The notes under the pieces: generated by a model | Databases searched by the model: none | Told to the model about the DNA's origin: nothing | Seen by the model: the letters and a program-made list of their open reading frames with translations, nothing else | Assembly (NCBI GenBank): GCA_963767925.1 | Contig: CAVYGB010000002.1 | Coordinates: 128,001-192,000 of the forward strand | Length of the DNA stretch: 64,000 nucleotides | Source of the DNA: an uncultured delta proteobacterium | GTDB taxonomy: Bacteria > Myxococcota_A > Polyangia > Fen-1088 | Direction of reading: 5' to 3' | Made by a program: the position numbers and the translations under genes | Shown here: positions 1 to 8,691 of the stretch, piece after piece | Numbering within the stretch: position 1 is the stretch's first letter | Layout of the letters: each line of letters starts with the position of its first letter

Positions 1-1
1 G

Positions 2-961
2 GCGCAGTCGCTGGTGGCGGTGCTGGCGGTGATCTACGGTCTCAAGACCTGGGCCAAGGACGGCCTGCAGGCCTGGCCCCTGCTCTGCATCCTGGTCGGG
101 TTGGCGATGGGCGTGGTGTTCGTGCGCCGGCAGCGGCGGCTCGCCGATCCGCTGATCGACCTGCGCCTGTTCCGGTCGCTGGCCTTCCGGGTCTCGCTGG
201 CGACCTTCACGCTGACCACGATGGTCGTGTTCGGAGCGGGGATCTTCTTCGCCCAGTACGTGCAGCTCGTGCTCGGGCTCTCGCCGCTGGCGGCCGGGCT
301 GTGGATGTTGCCGGGGGCGATCGGCGTCATCGCCGGGTCGATGCTGGCGCCGGCCATCGTGCGGCGGGTGCAGCCCGCGCTGGTGCTGGGCGGAGGCCTG
401 GGGCTGGCGGTGCTGGGTTTCGCGGTGATCACCCAGGTCGGACAGGGCGGGTTGCCGGTCCTGGTGGCGGGGTCGACGCTGCTCTACCTGGGCCTCGGCC
501 CGGTGTTCACGCTGGGGACCGACCTCATCATCGGCGCCGCGCCTCCCGAGCGAGCGGGCGCCGCCGCCGCCCTGTCCGAGACCAGCTCCGAGCTCGGCGG
601 CGCCATCGGCATCGCCCTGCTCGGCAGCCTGGGCACGGCCCTCTACGTCCGGGCCATGGCCCGCGCCCCGCTCGACGCCATCCCGGCCGAGGCCCGGCGC
701 GCCGCCCGCGAGACCCTGGGCGGCGCCGCCGCCGCTGCCGAGCGCCTGCCCGGCGAAGGGGGGGCCCAGCTCCTGGCCAGCGCGCGCGACGCCTTCACCG
801 GCTCGCTGCAGCTGACCGCCGCCCTCTGCGCCGTTGTCGCGGCCGGCACCGCCCTCGCCGCCCTCCTCCTGCTCCGCCGCCGACCGCCCGGGGCCCGGTG
901 CGAAGCGGGGGCCGTGGTACCGTGCGGCCCGCCGGCCGCCGTCGCGGTCGGCGGACCCTGA
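2..961 (+). CDS. MFS drug:H+ antiporter (DHA2, QacA/SmvA-like), 5'-truncated by window edge
   Basis: Multiple TM helices; motifs DPLIDLRLF, PPERAGAAAALSETSSELGGAIGIA and LLASARDAF typical of 14-TMS MFS; frame open to window start. Confidence 0.9.
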   Translation, partial: AQSLVAVLAVIYGLKTWAKDGLQAWPLLCILVGLAMGVVFVRRQRRLADPLIDLRLFRSLAFRVSLATFTLTTMVVFGAGIFFAQYVQLVLGLSPLAAGLWMLPGAIGVIAGSMLAPAIVRRVQPALVLGGGLGLAVLGFAVITQVGQGGLPVLVAGSTLLYLGLGPVFTLGTDLIIGAAPPERAGAAAALSETSSELGGAIGIALLGSLGTALYVRAMARAPLDAIPAEARRAARETLGGAAAAAERLPGEGGAQLLASARDAFTGSLQLTAALCAVVAAGTALAALLLLRRRPPGARCEAGAVVPCGPPAAVAVGGP

Positions 962-968
962 GCCGAAC

Positions 969-1580
969 GTGCTGTTCCGACCGCACATCCTGGAAGGCAT
1001 CCAGCGCGGCGAGATCACCCTCGCCTTCCGCCGCTGGCTGCGCCCTGCCGTGCGCCCCGGCGGCACCTTGAAGACGGGGATGGGCGTTGTGCGCTTCGGC
1101 GCCGTGGACAGGGTCGACGCCGCCGCCCTCACCGAAGCGGCCGCCCGCGCCGCCGGCTACGACTCCGCCGGCGCCCTCCGCGCGGAGCTCGACCAGCGGG
1201 ACGAAGGCGACCTCTACCGCATCGAGGTCGCCCACGCCGGCCCCGACCCCCGCATCGCCCTCCGCGCCGACACCGCCCTCACCCCCGAGACCCTGGCCGA
1301 CCTGCACCGCAAGCTCGCCCGCCTCGACGCCGCAAGCCCCACCGGCCCCTGGACCACCAGGGTCCTCCGCCTCATCGCCGACAACCCCGCCGTCCGCGCC
1401 GCCACCCTCGCCCAGCGCTTCGGCCAGGACCGCGACCGCTTCAAGCTCGACGTCCGCAAGCTCAAGAACCTCGGCCTCACCGAGAGCCTGGAGATCGGCT
1501 ACCGCCTCTCCCCCCGCGGCCAGCATCTCCTCGCAACCCTGGAACAACCCCCGCCGCCTCCTCGAGATCCGGCCCGGTAG
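969..1580 (+). CDS. ASCH/PUA-like domain protein
   Basis: GTG at 969; motifs GEITLAFRRWLRP and ARAAGY; C-terminal FKLDVRKLKNLGLTESLEIGYRLSPRG (winged-helix-like). Confidence 0.75.
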   Translation: MLFRPHILEGIQRGEITLAFRRWLRPAVRPGGTLKTGMGVVRFGAVDRVDAAALTEAAARAAGYDSAGALRAELDQRDEGDLYRIEVAHAGPDPRIALRADTALTPETLADLHRKLARLDAASPTGPWTTRVLRLIADNPAVRAATLAQRFGQDRDRFKLDVRKLKNLGLTESLEIGYRLSPRGQHLLATLEQPPPPPRDPAR

Positions 1581-1649
1581 CCCCTGTTCAGCCAGGCAAC
1601 CCGCCGCCTCCCTCACCCCGCGGTCTGGAGTGGGCGGCCCGGCCGAGGT

Positions 1650-2104
1650 GGGCGGGGGGCGGCGGCGCGGGCGGGGGGGGGCGGCGGCGCGGGCGGGGGG
1701 CGGCGGCGCGGGCGGGGGGGCGGCGGCGGCGGGGCGGGCGGCGGGGGCGGCGCGGGCGGGGGGCGGCGGCGCGGGCGGGGGGCGGGGGCGGCGGCGCGGG
1801 CGGGGGGCGGCGGCGGCGCGGGCGGGGGGGCGGCGGCGCGGGCGGGGGGACGGCGCGGGCGGGGGGCGGCGGCGGGCGCGGGCGGGCGGCGCGGGCGGGG
1901 GGACGGCGCGGGCGGGGGGGCGGCGGCGCGGGCGGGCGGGGGGGCGGCGCGGGCGGGGGGGCGGCGCGGGCGGGGGGGCGGCGCGGGCGGGGGACGGCGG
2001 CGCGGGGCGGGGGCGGCGGCGGCGCGGGCGGGGGGGCGGCGCGGGCGGGGGACGGCGGCGCGGGGCGGGGGCGGCGGCGGCGCGGGCGGGGGGCGGCGGC
2101 GCGC
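1650..2104 (+). repeat. G-rich low-complexity degenerate tandem tract (GGCGGCGCGGGCGGGGGG-like units)
   Basis: 455 bp without a T and with only a few A on the + strand; recurring GGCGCGGGCGGGG core. Confidence 0.9.
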
Positions 2105-2148
2105 TTCCCCTGAGGTCAACGGATTTTCGAAGATCGACTGGACGCTGC

Positions 2149-2177
2149 TTGCTATTTTAGCGCGGACGACATAATAT
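2149..2177 (+). promoter_or_regulatory. putative sigma70-type promoter of the transposase
   Basis: TTGCTA (2149-2154), 17 bp, TAATAT (2172-2177) in an AT-rich patch 12 bp upstream of ATG 2190. Confidence 0.55.
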
Positions 2178-2189
2178 TGCCCCATTCAA

Positions 2190-2867
2190 ATGGGTGGACG
2201 AAGCTGTGGCGCTCAGCTCGATTTGCCCCGGACGTCCGGGTGGGGCGGGCGGAGGCGAGGGGCGGGGAGGCCGCCGATTCCGGGGCGGCGGAGGCCGGTG
2301 CCGCATCGGACGCGGGTCGAGCACAAGAGGGCTCATCCCTTGCACGTGACCTTGCGGGCGAGGGCGGGGCTCGTGTCACTCCGGTGCAAGCGGGTGTTCG
2401 GGGCGCTGCGAGAGTGCTTCCGGGCGGCGAGCGGGGAAGGTTTTCGGGTGGTGCAGTTTTCGGTGCAGGCCGATCACGTGCACCTGCTTGTCGAGGCGCA
2501 GGACAAGCCAGCGCTCTCCTCCGGGGCGCGTGGGCTGGTCATCCGGAGCGCCCGGGCGATCAACCGGGTGCTGGCCCGCGCTGGGCGGGTCTGGGGCGAC
2601 CGGTACCACGCCCGTGAGCTGGCCTCCCCGCGAGAGGTGCGCAACGCTCTGGTGTACGTCCTGATGAACCACAAGAAACACGGCCTGCGCGACCGCGGCC
2701 ACATCGACCCCTGCTCTTCGGCCCCCTGGTTCGACGGCTTCCGCGTGACCCTCCCGCCCCCCGCCCAGCCAGCGGTCACCTGGCGCCCGGGGACGTGGCT
2801 CGCCAGCGTGGGCTGGCGCCGCCGCGGGCTGATAGACCCAGCTGAGTCGCCCAAGACACCCGAGTGA
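2190..2867 (+). CDS. HUH-superfamily Y1 tyrosine transposase (RAYT / IS200 TnpA-like)
   Basis: HVTLR strand, HUH motif DHVHLL, RVWGDRYH and catalytic-Tyr helix ALVYVLMN; no tnpB downstream. Confidence 0.9.
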   Translation: MGGRSCGAQLDLPRTSGWGGRRRGAGRPPIPGRRRPVPHRTRVEHKRAHPLHVTLRARAGLVSLRCKRVFGALRECFRAASGEGFRVVQFSVQADHVHLLVEAQDKPALSSGARGLVIRSARAINRVLARAGRVWGDRYHARELASPREVRNALVYVLMNHKKHGLRDRGHIDPCSSAPWFDGFRVTLPPPAQPAVTWRPGTWLASVGWRRRGLIDPAESPKTPE

Positions 2868-2887
2868 GCGCGCAACGCGCTCACTCG
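2861..2887. other. perfect hairpin overlapping the transposase stop codon
   Basis: CGAGTGAGCGCG-CAA-CGCGCTCACTCG, 12-bp stem, no U-tract. Confidence 0.85.
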
Positions 2888-2948
2888 CTCCGGCCCCACG
2901 CAACGCCAACCGAGGCGAGCGCCGGGTAAGGTCATCGCGGTCGCGCGC

Positions 2949-3316
2949 GGGTGGCGATCGCCGGAGGGGTGGAAGGCGGACGGCGGGGTGGGTGGCGATC
3001 GCCGGAGGGGTGGAAGGCGGACGGCGGGGTGGGTGGCGATCGCCGGAGGGGTGGAAGGCGGACGGCGGGGTGGGTGGCGATCGCCGGAGGGGTGGAAGGC
3101 GGACGGCCGGGTGGGTGGCGATCGCCGGAGGGGTGGAAGGCGGACGGCGGGGTGGGTGGCGATCGCCGGAGGGGTGGAAGGCGGACGGCGGGGTGGGTGG
3201 CGATCGCCGGAGGGGTGGAAGGCGGACGGCGGGGTGGGTGGCGATCGCCGGAGGGGTGGAAGGCGGACGGCGGGGTGGGTGGCGATCGCCGGAGGGGTGG
3301 AAGGCGGACGGCGGGG
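2949..3316 (+). repeat. 41-bp tandem array, 9 copies
   Basis: Unit GGGTGGCGATCGCCGGAGGGGTGGAAGGCGGACGGCGGGGT, head-to-tail, one substitution in copy 4; contains palindrome GGCGATCGCC. Confidence 0.95.
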
Positions 3317-3325
3317 ATGAGGGGT

Positions 3326-3414
3326 GCGCTGTGGACATGCCGGGCTGTGGACAGCGGACTGCCCACAGCCCTTGGACAAACGCGCAGACGCGTTTGCCCA
3401 CATGCCCACAGCGC
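3326..3414. repeat. three-way-junction palindromic element
   Basis: Outer stem 3326-3339/3401-3414 encloses hairpins 3342-3371 (loop CGGA) and 3373-3400 (loop CAGA); every arm pairs TGGAC with GCCCA. Confidence 0.85.
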
Positions 3415-3439
3415 CAACTGCTACTCAGCTTCGCGTTTT

Positions 3440-3829
3440 CAGAGCCAGAGGCAGAGCCAGAGCCAGAGGCAGAGGCAGAGGCAGAGCCAGAGCAGAGCCA
3501 GAGACAGAGGCGGAGACAGAGCAGAGACAGAGGCAGAGACAGAGACAGAGGCGAGAGAGCAGAGCAGAGCCAGAGGCGAGAGACAGAGCAGAGGCAGAGA
3601 CAGAGCAGAGCCAGAGGCGGAGACAGAGCAGAGGCGAGCAGAGCAGAGGCAGAGACAGAGCAGAGGCAGAGGCAGAGGCAGAGCAGAGCAGAGGCAGAGA
3701 CAGAGGCAGAGGCAGAGACAGAGGCAGAGGCAGAGACAGAGGCAGAGGCAGAGGCAGAGGCAGAGGCAGAGGCGGAAACAGAGGCGGAGGCGGAGCCGGG
3801 CCAGAGAGAAAGGCAAAGCCAGAGCAAAG
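3440..3829 (+). repeat. purine-rich (CAGAGN)n microsatellite
   Basis: GAGGCA/GAGACA/GAGCCA hexamers mixed with GAGCA pentamers; no T over 390 bp. Confidence 0.95.
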
Positions 3830-3907
3830 TCAGAACCAAGCCCAAAGCCAGAGGTAGGGCCAGGGCCAGGCAAGAGGCAGATAGGGGGGCAGAGCCGGAG
3901 GGGCGGC

Positions 3908-5179
3908 TCAGAGGGCGCGGGGTTGGGTGGGGCGGTAGGTGGGGGGGGTGGGGGTGTCGGTGGGGGCTACGGGGAGGGTGACGCGGAAGCGGCTGCCGCG
4001 GCCGGGGCGGCTGTCGAATTCGAGGGTGCCGCCGTGGGCGGCGACGATCTCGCGGGAGATGGCGAGGCCGAGGCCGGAGCCTTCGCCGGCGGGTTTGGTG
4101 GTGACGAAGGGTTTGAAGAGCTGGGCGGCCATCTCGGGGGTGATGCCTTCGCCGTTGTCTTCGATGTCGGTGACGGCGTCGCGGCCGGCGAGGTGCATGC
4201 GGATCCGGATCTCGCCTCGGCGGGCGGAGGTCTTCGAGACGGCCTGGGTGGCGTTGACCAGCAGGTTCAGGAACACCTGGGTCAGGCGGGCCCAGTCGCC
4301 CACCACGATCGGATCGTTGTCGTATTCGCGGGCCAGGGTGGCCTGGCGCTGGATCTGGGGTGCGGTCATGCGGATGGCGGATTCGATCGGCGACTTCAGG
4401 GACAGCCGCTCGCGGCGGAACTCCTGGCGGCGGCCGAGCTGGCCCAGGTCGCGGGTGAGGGTGATGATCTGGTCGAGGCCCAGGCGGGCTTCCTGGCTGG
4501 CCCAGTTGACGTCGGCCAGGCCATCTTCCAGCGAGGTGCACACGGCCGATGCGGAGCCGGACAGGGCGGCGGCCCGCCTCAGCGAGGCGAGGTGGCCGAC
4601 CATCTGGCTGGTGGCCCGGTTGGCCAGCTCCATGTTGCTGAGGACGAAGGTGAGGGGGTTCTTGAGCTCGTGGGCCACGCTCGCGACGACGGTGCCCATC
4701 GCCATCAGGGACTGGCTGTGCTCGACCACGTCACGTTCACGGAGGATGCGATCCAGCTCGCGCTGCACGTCGACGGCGCGGAAGGGCTTGTGCAGGAAGC
4801 CATCGGCGTCGATGGCGGCGGCCTTGGCGCTCCCGTCGGCGGAGATGGCCAGCACCGGGATCTTGGCCAGGCGGGCGTCGGCCCGTTGCTGCAGGCGAAA
4901 CTCCCAGCCGTCCATCACCGGCATCATGAGGTCCAGGATGATCACCTCGGGAGGCGCGCTGGCGCCGGCCAGATAGTCAATCGCCTGTTTTCCGTTGCTG
5001 CAGCACCCCGGCGTGTAGCCACACTCTCGGACCAGCTCGGCGAGCGCGTTGCGGATGCCGGGATCGTCCTCGACGATCAGCACCGCGCCTCCGGGCTGAC
5101 GCTTGCCCTCGGCCGCGCCCGTGGTGGACGGGGCGGCATTCCTGAATCTATTCCCTGGCTGCGAGTAGCGGTCGAACAT
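3908..5179 (-). CDS. hybrid sensor histidine kinase (REC-HisKA-HATPase)
   Basis: VLIVEDD, IILDLMMPVMDG, H-box VAHELKNPL, N-box QVFLNLLVNA, G2 GSGLGL. Confidence 0.93.
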   Translation of the reverse strand: MFDRYSQPGNRFRNAAPSTTGAAEGKRQPGGAVLIVEDDPGIRNALAELVRECGYTPGCCSNGKQAIDYLAGASAPPEVIILDLMMPVMDGWEFRLQQRADARLAKIPVLAISADGSAKAAAIDADGFLHKPFRAVDVQRELDRILRERDVVEHSQSLMAMGTVVASVAHELKNPLTFVLSNMELANRATSQMVGHLASLRRAAALSGSASAVCTSLEDGLADVNWASQEARLGLDQIITLTRDLGQLGRRQEFRRERLSLKSPIESAIRMTAPQIQRQATLAREYDNDPIVVGDWARLTQVFLNLLVNATQAVSKTSARRGEIRIRMHLAGRDAVTDIEDNGEGITPEMAAQLFKPFVTTKPAGEGSGLGLAISREIVAAHGGTLEFDSRPGRGSRFRVTLPVAPTDTPTPPTYRPTQPRAL

Positions 5180-5474
5180 GGCTTTCCCCGCTTCCTGCCC
5201 CCCGTGAGCGATCGGACCCCCTGTGACCGAACGTCTTTGCGCATAATCCCTGAAGGCCGGCGAACATCCCAGCGCGAAACTCTCGCCCGGTGGGAATACA
5301 GGGCCCGCCTGCCAGGAAATTACTGAGTCGCGACGTGTACTTGGGCATCCGGAAGCACGCGCTCAGGCCCTTGCCTCGGCGAAGGCGTCGGCCGCCCCGG
5401 CCTGGATCAGGCCCACCCCGGTTCCGCCCGCCCCGGTCCCGCCCGCAGTCCCTGGATTAAGGCCTGGCATGGCA

Positions 5475-5990
5475 ACCTCCCCTCACCCTTCCCTCTCCCC
5501 ACGGCCGCAGACGGCCGCGGGGCGAGGGCAAACAGGCAGCGCGGTGCCTGTCTGACGGACGTGAGGCTTGGCCACGGGCTGGTCGTTCGGACCTCGCGGC
5601 CGCCCTCAAGGCGTGCGGGCAGCGGGCAACGTGCGGATGTCGAGATGGGGCTACCTCCCCTCACCCTTCCCTCGCCCCACGGCCGCAGACGGCCGCGGGG
5701 CGAGGGCAAACAGGCAGCGCGGTGCCTGTCTGACGGACGTGAGGCTTGGCCACGGGCTGGTCGCTCGGACCTCGCGGCCGCCCTCAAGGCGTGCGGGCAG
5801 CGGGCAACGTGCGGATGTCGAGATGGGGCTACCTCCCCTCACCCTTCCCTCGCAGCGCGGTACCTGTCTGACGGACGTGAGGCTTGGCCACGGGCTGGTC
5901 GTTCGGACCTCGCGGCCGCCCTCAAGGCGTGCGGGCAGCGAAGCGGGGGGCGGGGAGGGGGCGGGAGGCGGGTAACGTGCGGATGTCGAG
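5475..5990 (+). repeat. 178-bp tandem repeat (about 3 copies), each starting with a boxC-like hairpin
   Basis: Units start at 5475, 5653 and 5831; CCCCTCACCCTTCCCTC(T/G)CCCCACGGCCG-CAGA-CGGCCGCGGGGCGAGGG; third copy lacks the hairpin. Confidence 0.9.
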
Positions 5991-6737
5991 GTGAGGACGC
6001 CTGGAGGGCAGCGCGCGAATCTTGAGGTTACGGTAACAAACCTCGTTGCCGTGGTCCTGCAGCAGGATGTGGGCGCGCTTGTGCGCGTCGAAGCCGTCCA
6101 CGTCCTTGAACTTGCTGGCGGCGATGGCGGTGCGCAGGGCGGGCGAGCCCAGCTCGTATTCGAGGACCTTGGCCCCGTTGAGCCAGTGCTCGACGTGGTT
6201 TCCCTGCAACAGGACCCGCGACTGGTTGAACTGGCCGGCGGGGCGGGCGCGCGCTTCGGGGGCAGGCAGCACGTCGTAGAACGAGCCGGTGCGGCGGCTG
6301 TCGCGCTTCTGCGCGTCGGGGTGCTGGCTGTCGTCGACCATCTGGTACTCGTGGCCGAGGGCGGCTGGCTGCTCCTCGGTGACGAGGTACTTGAGGCCGC
6401 TGTTGCCGGCGGGGGCGATCCGCCACTCCCAGGTGAGATCGAACGCCTCGAAGGTCCGCCGGGTGATGAGATCGCGGGCGCCGCGCGTGTCCTTGCCGTC
6501 GTTGGCCGGCACGCCGAGGCAACCGTCCGCGACGGCCCAGCGCAAACCGGCTGCGTCCTCCTTCTGGTACCCGCGCCAGCCGGCCAGGCTCTTGCCGTCG
6601 AACAGCAGCTCCCAGCCCTGCTTGCGCTCGCGCGCGCTCAGGCGGTTGGGGGCCGGATCGGCGGCGGCCGCCACCCCGCCCGCCAGGAGCCACATCGCCC
6701 CGATCAGCCCGGCTGTCCGCCAGCTCCGCTTCGACAT
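5922..6737 (-). CDS. DUF1080 / 3-keto-disaccharide hydrolase family secreted protein
   Basis: Signal peptide; GWELLFDGKSLAGW, GNSG, EYQMVDD, VEHWLNG, HILLQDHG..V.YRNLKIR. Confidence 0.9.
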   Translation of the reverse strand: MSKRSWRTAGLIGAMWLLAGGVAAAADPAPNRLSARERKQGWELLFDGKSLAGWRGYQKEDAAGLRWAVADGCLGVPANDGKDTRGARDLITRRTFEAFDLTWEWRIAPAGNSGLKYLVTEEQPAALGHEYQMVDDSQHPDAQKRDSRRTGSFYDVLPAPEARARPAGQFNQSRVLLQGNHVEHWLNGAKVLEYELGSPALRTAIAASKFKDVDGFDAHKRAHILLQDHGNEVCYRNLKIRALPSRRPHLDIRTLPASRPLPAPRFAARTP

Positions 6738-6992
6738 GGCCAGACGATACCTCCGCCACGCCGGGTCGCCAAACCGACCCCCGGCGCCCGGGCGCTGGCA
6801 TGAATTGCGACGGTCCGGGTCTGGGGACCCCCCTGGGCGCCGGGCTGAGTAAAAGGCGCGTGAAACGGTTAGGGGAAGTTCTGCTCGTTTTACCTCCTCT
6901 ATCTGCTGGGGCGGGCGTGCGCCGCTCGCTGGCCCGGTGATCCGTGTTTACGATGGCGGCCGTTCTCAAGGTCCCCACGGAGGCGAAAATAC

Positions 6993-8639
6993 ATGAAGCT
7001 CCTCTCGAGTTACGGCGGAAACCTGGTCCTGGCAGCGGCCCTCGCAGGCGCCTTCGCCTGTAACGACGGGGAGAGCCCCCGCCCCGCGCCTGTCGCGCCG
7101 GAGCGCGGGGCCGACGCGGGCGCCTCCGATGGGCCCAGCGCGGTCACCAGCGGCGTCTTGCCGGTGGTGGTGCTGGACGTCCCCGGCATGACTCCGGCCA
7201 TGTTCGAGTCGTTCGCGCCCAAGGTCCAGGGGCGGATCCGGGTTGTCGAGAGCCACGACGGCAAGCACAAGGAGGTCGCCGATCTCCTGTCGCGGCCCGC
7301 GGCCCTCGATAGCCGCATCGCCATCTCGATGCGCGGCAACAGCTCGACCAGCTTTCCCCTCGTCACCTGGGCCAACAACGTCACCGGCTTTCACCAGCGC
7401 TCCTATTCCATCGAGCTGCGCGACGAGATGGACCGACCGAAGGACGGGCAGATGCTCGACCTGCCGGGCGACCCCGACTGGGCCCTGGTCGCCTGCTGGA
7501 ACGACAAGACGTGCATGCGCAACGCCATCACCTACCGGATCGGGCAGGAGTTCGGGCGCTGGAACCCCCGCCTGCGCTTCGTCGAGGTGTACTTCAACGG
7601 CGACTACATCGGCATCTACCAGCTCGTCGAGCCGACCCGCCGGGGGTCGAACCGGGTGAACGTGCCGAAGGTGGCCGACGACGCCAGCCTCGGCGACCTG
7701 ACCGGCGGCTACATCTTCCGGCGCGAGGGGCCCGGCCGCAAGTCGGCGACCGCCATGCCGCCCGTGATGGACTGGGTCTCGCCGACCACCGCCCCCGGGG
7801 TGTACAAGACCCAGAACATCTACAGCTACCACTACCCGCCCGAGGACGGCATCACGCCGGCCCAGCGGACGTACCTCCACGACTACGTGGCCCGCTTCGA
7901 GCAGATGATGCAGGGGCCCGACTTCGCCTCGCCCGAGACCGGCTACCCGGCCAAGCTCGACGTGCAGAGCTGGATCGACTACGCCCTGGTCAACGAGCTG
8001 TCCCACAACATCGACTCCTACTGGAAGAGCCTCTTCTTCGTGAAGGACTCCGACGCCCGGGGCGGGCGCCTCGCGGTGAGCCCCCTGTGGGACTACAACA
8101 TGGGCTACGGCAACGCCGACTACCGCGAGGGCTGGAAGACCGACCTGCTCAACATCAAGATGATGCAGGACTTCGGGGGCGAGTGTGACTACCAGGGTCG
8201 CATCTCGGAGGCCCCTCCGGTCTGCGACGTCGGCTGTTGCAAGGAGACCTGCGACAGCAAGACCCAGCGCTGCTGGAACCTGCCGGTGGTGCCCTTCTAC
8301 TGGGACAACCTCTGGAAGGACCCGGCCTTCCTCGACCAGCTCAAGTGCCGCTGGCTCGACCTGCGCAAGGGCCCCATCCGCATGGGCTTCATCGACGCCC
8401 AGATCGAGGCGTGGAAGAGCCAGCTCGCCCCCCTGGCGATGCCCCGCCACCTGGCCCGCTGGCCCGAGCTGCTCAAATACGTCTGGGCGAACCCCTACGT
8501 CGTCGATCCCAGCAGCGCCCCCATCCGGGGCGAGACCAACGCGCAGTTCTTCGAGCGCGAGGTGACCTGGTTCCGCAACTGGATCGCCGCCCGCATCAAC
8601 TTCCTCGACGCCTCCCTCCCCGGCACCTGCAAGCGCTGA
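6993..8639 (+). CDS. CotH kinase family lipoprotein
   Basis: Lipobox-like AFAC; MRGNSS, SYSIEL, DWAL, FVEVYFNGDYIGIYQLVE, NIDSY, SPLWDYNMGYG. Confidence 0.88.
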   Translation: MKLLSSYGGNLVLAAALAGAFACNDGESPRPAPVAPERGADAGASDGPSAVTSGVLPVVVLDVPGMTPAMFESFAPKVQGRIRVVESHDGKHKEVADLLSRPAALDSRIAISMRGNSSTSFPLVTWANNVTGFHQRSYSIELRDEMDRPKDGQMLDLPGDPDWALVACWNDKTCMRNAITYRIGQEFGRWNPRLRFVEVYFNGDYIGIYQLVEPTRRGSNRVNVPKVADDASLGDLTGGYIFRREGPGRKSATAMPPVMDWVSPTTAPGVYKTQNIYSYHYPPEDGITPAQRTYLHDYVARFEQMMQGPDFASPETGYPAKLDVQSWIDYALVNELSHNIDSYWKSLFFVKDSDARGGRLAVSPLWDYNMGYGNADYREGWKTDLLNIKMMQDFGGECDYQGRISEAPPVCDVGCCKETCDSKTQRCWNLPVVPFYWDNLWKDPAFLDQLKCRWLDLRKGPIRMGFIDAQIEAWKSQLAPLAMPRHLARWPELLKYVWANPYVVDPSSAPIRGETNAQFFEREVTWFRNWIAARINFLDASLPGTCKR

Positions 8640-8667
8640 CCGGCGCAGCCGCCCGCGCTTCGACGCA

Positions 8668-8691
8668 CCCCTGCCGCCCGCGCGGCAGGGG
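8668..8691. terminator. GC-rich hairpin downstream of the CotH gene
   Basis: CCCCTGCCGC-CCGC-GCGGCAGGGG; no U-tract. Confidence 0.4.

Noticed and set aside
1613..2185. Pro/Ala/Arg-rich 190-aa ORF
   Set aside because: Translation of the G/C-only tract, with no domain signal
2949..3316. CRISPR array
   Set aside because: Units are head-to-tail with no unique spacers, and there are no cas genes in the window
2870..3900. tnpB/IscB gene or omegaRNA after the Y1 transposase
   Set aside because: No RuvC or zinc-finger ORF downstream; the region is all repeats
2376..5326. Long ORFs through the repeats (721 aa, 791 aa, EAEAE/QRQR/LCLC peptides)
   Set aside because: Open only because T-poor repeats lack stop codons; they also overlap the transposase or kinase genes
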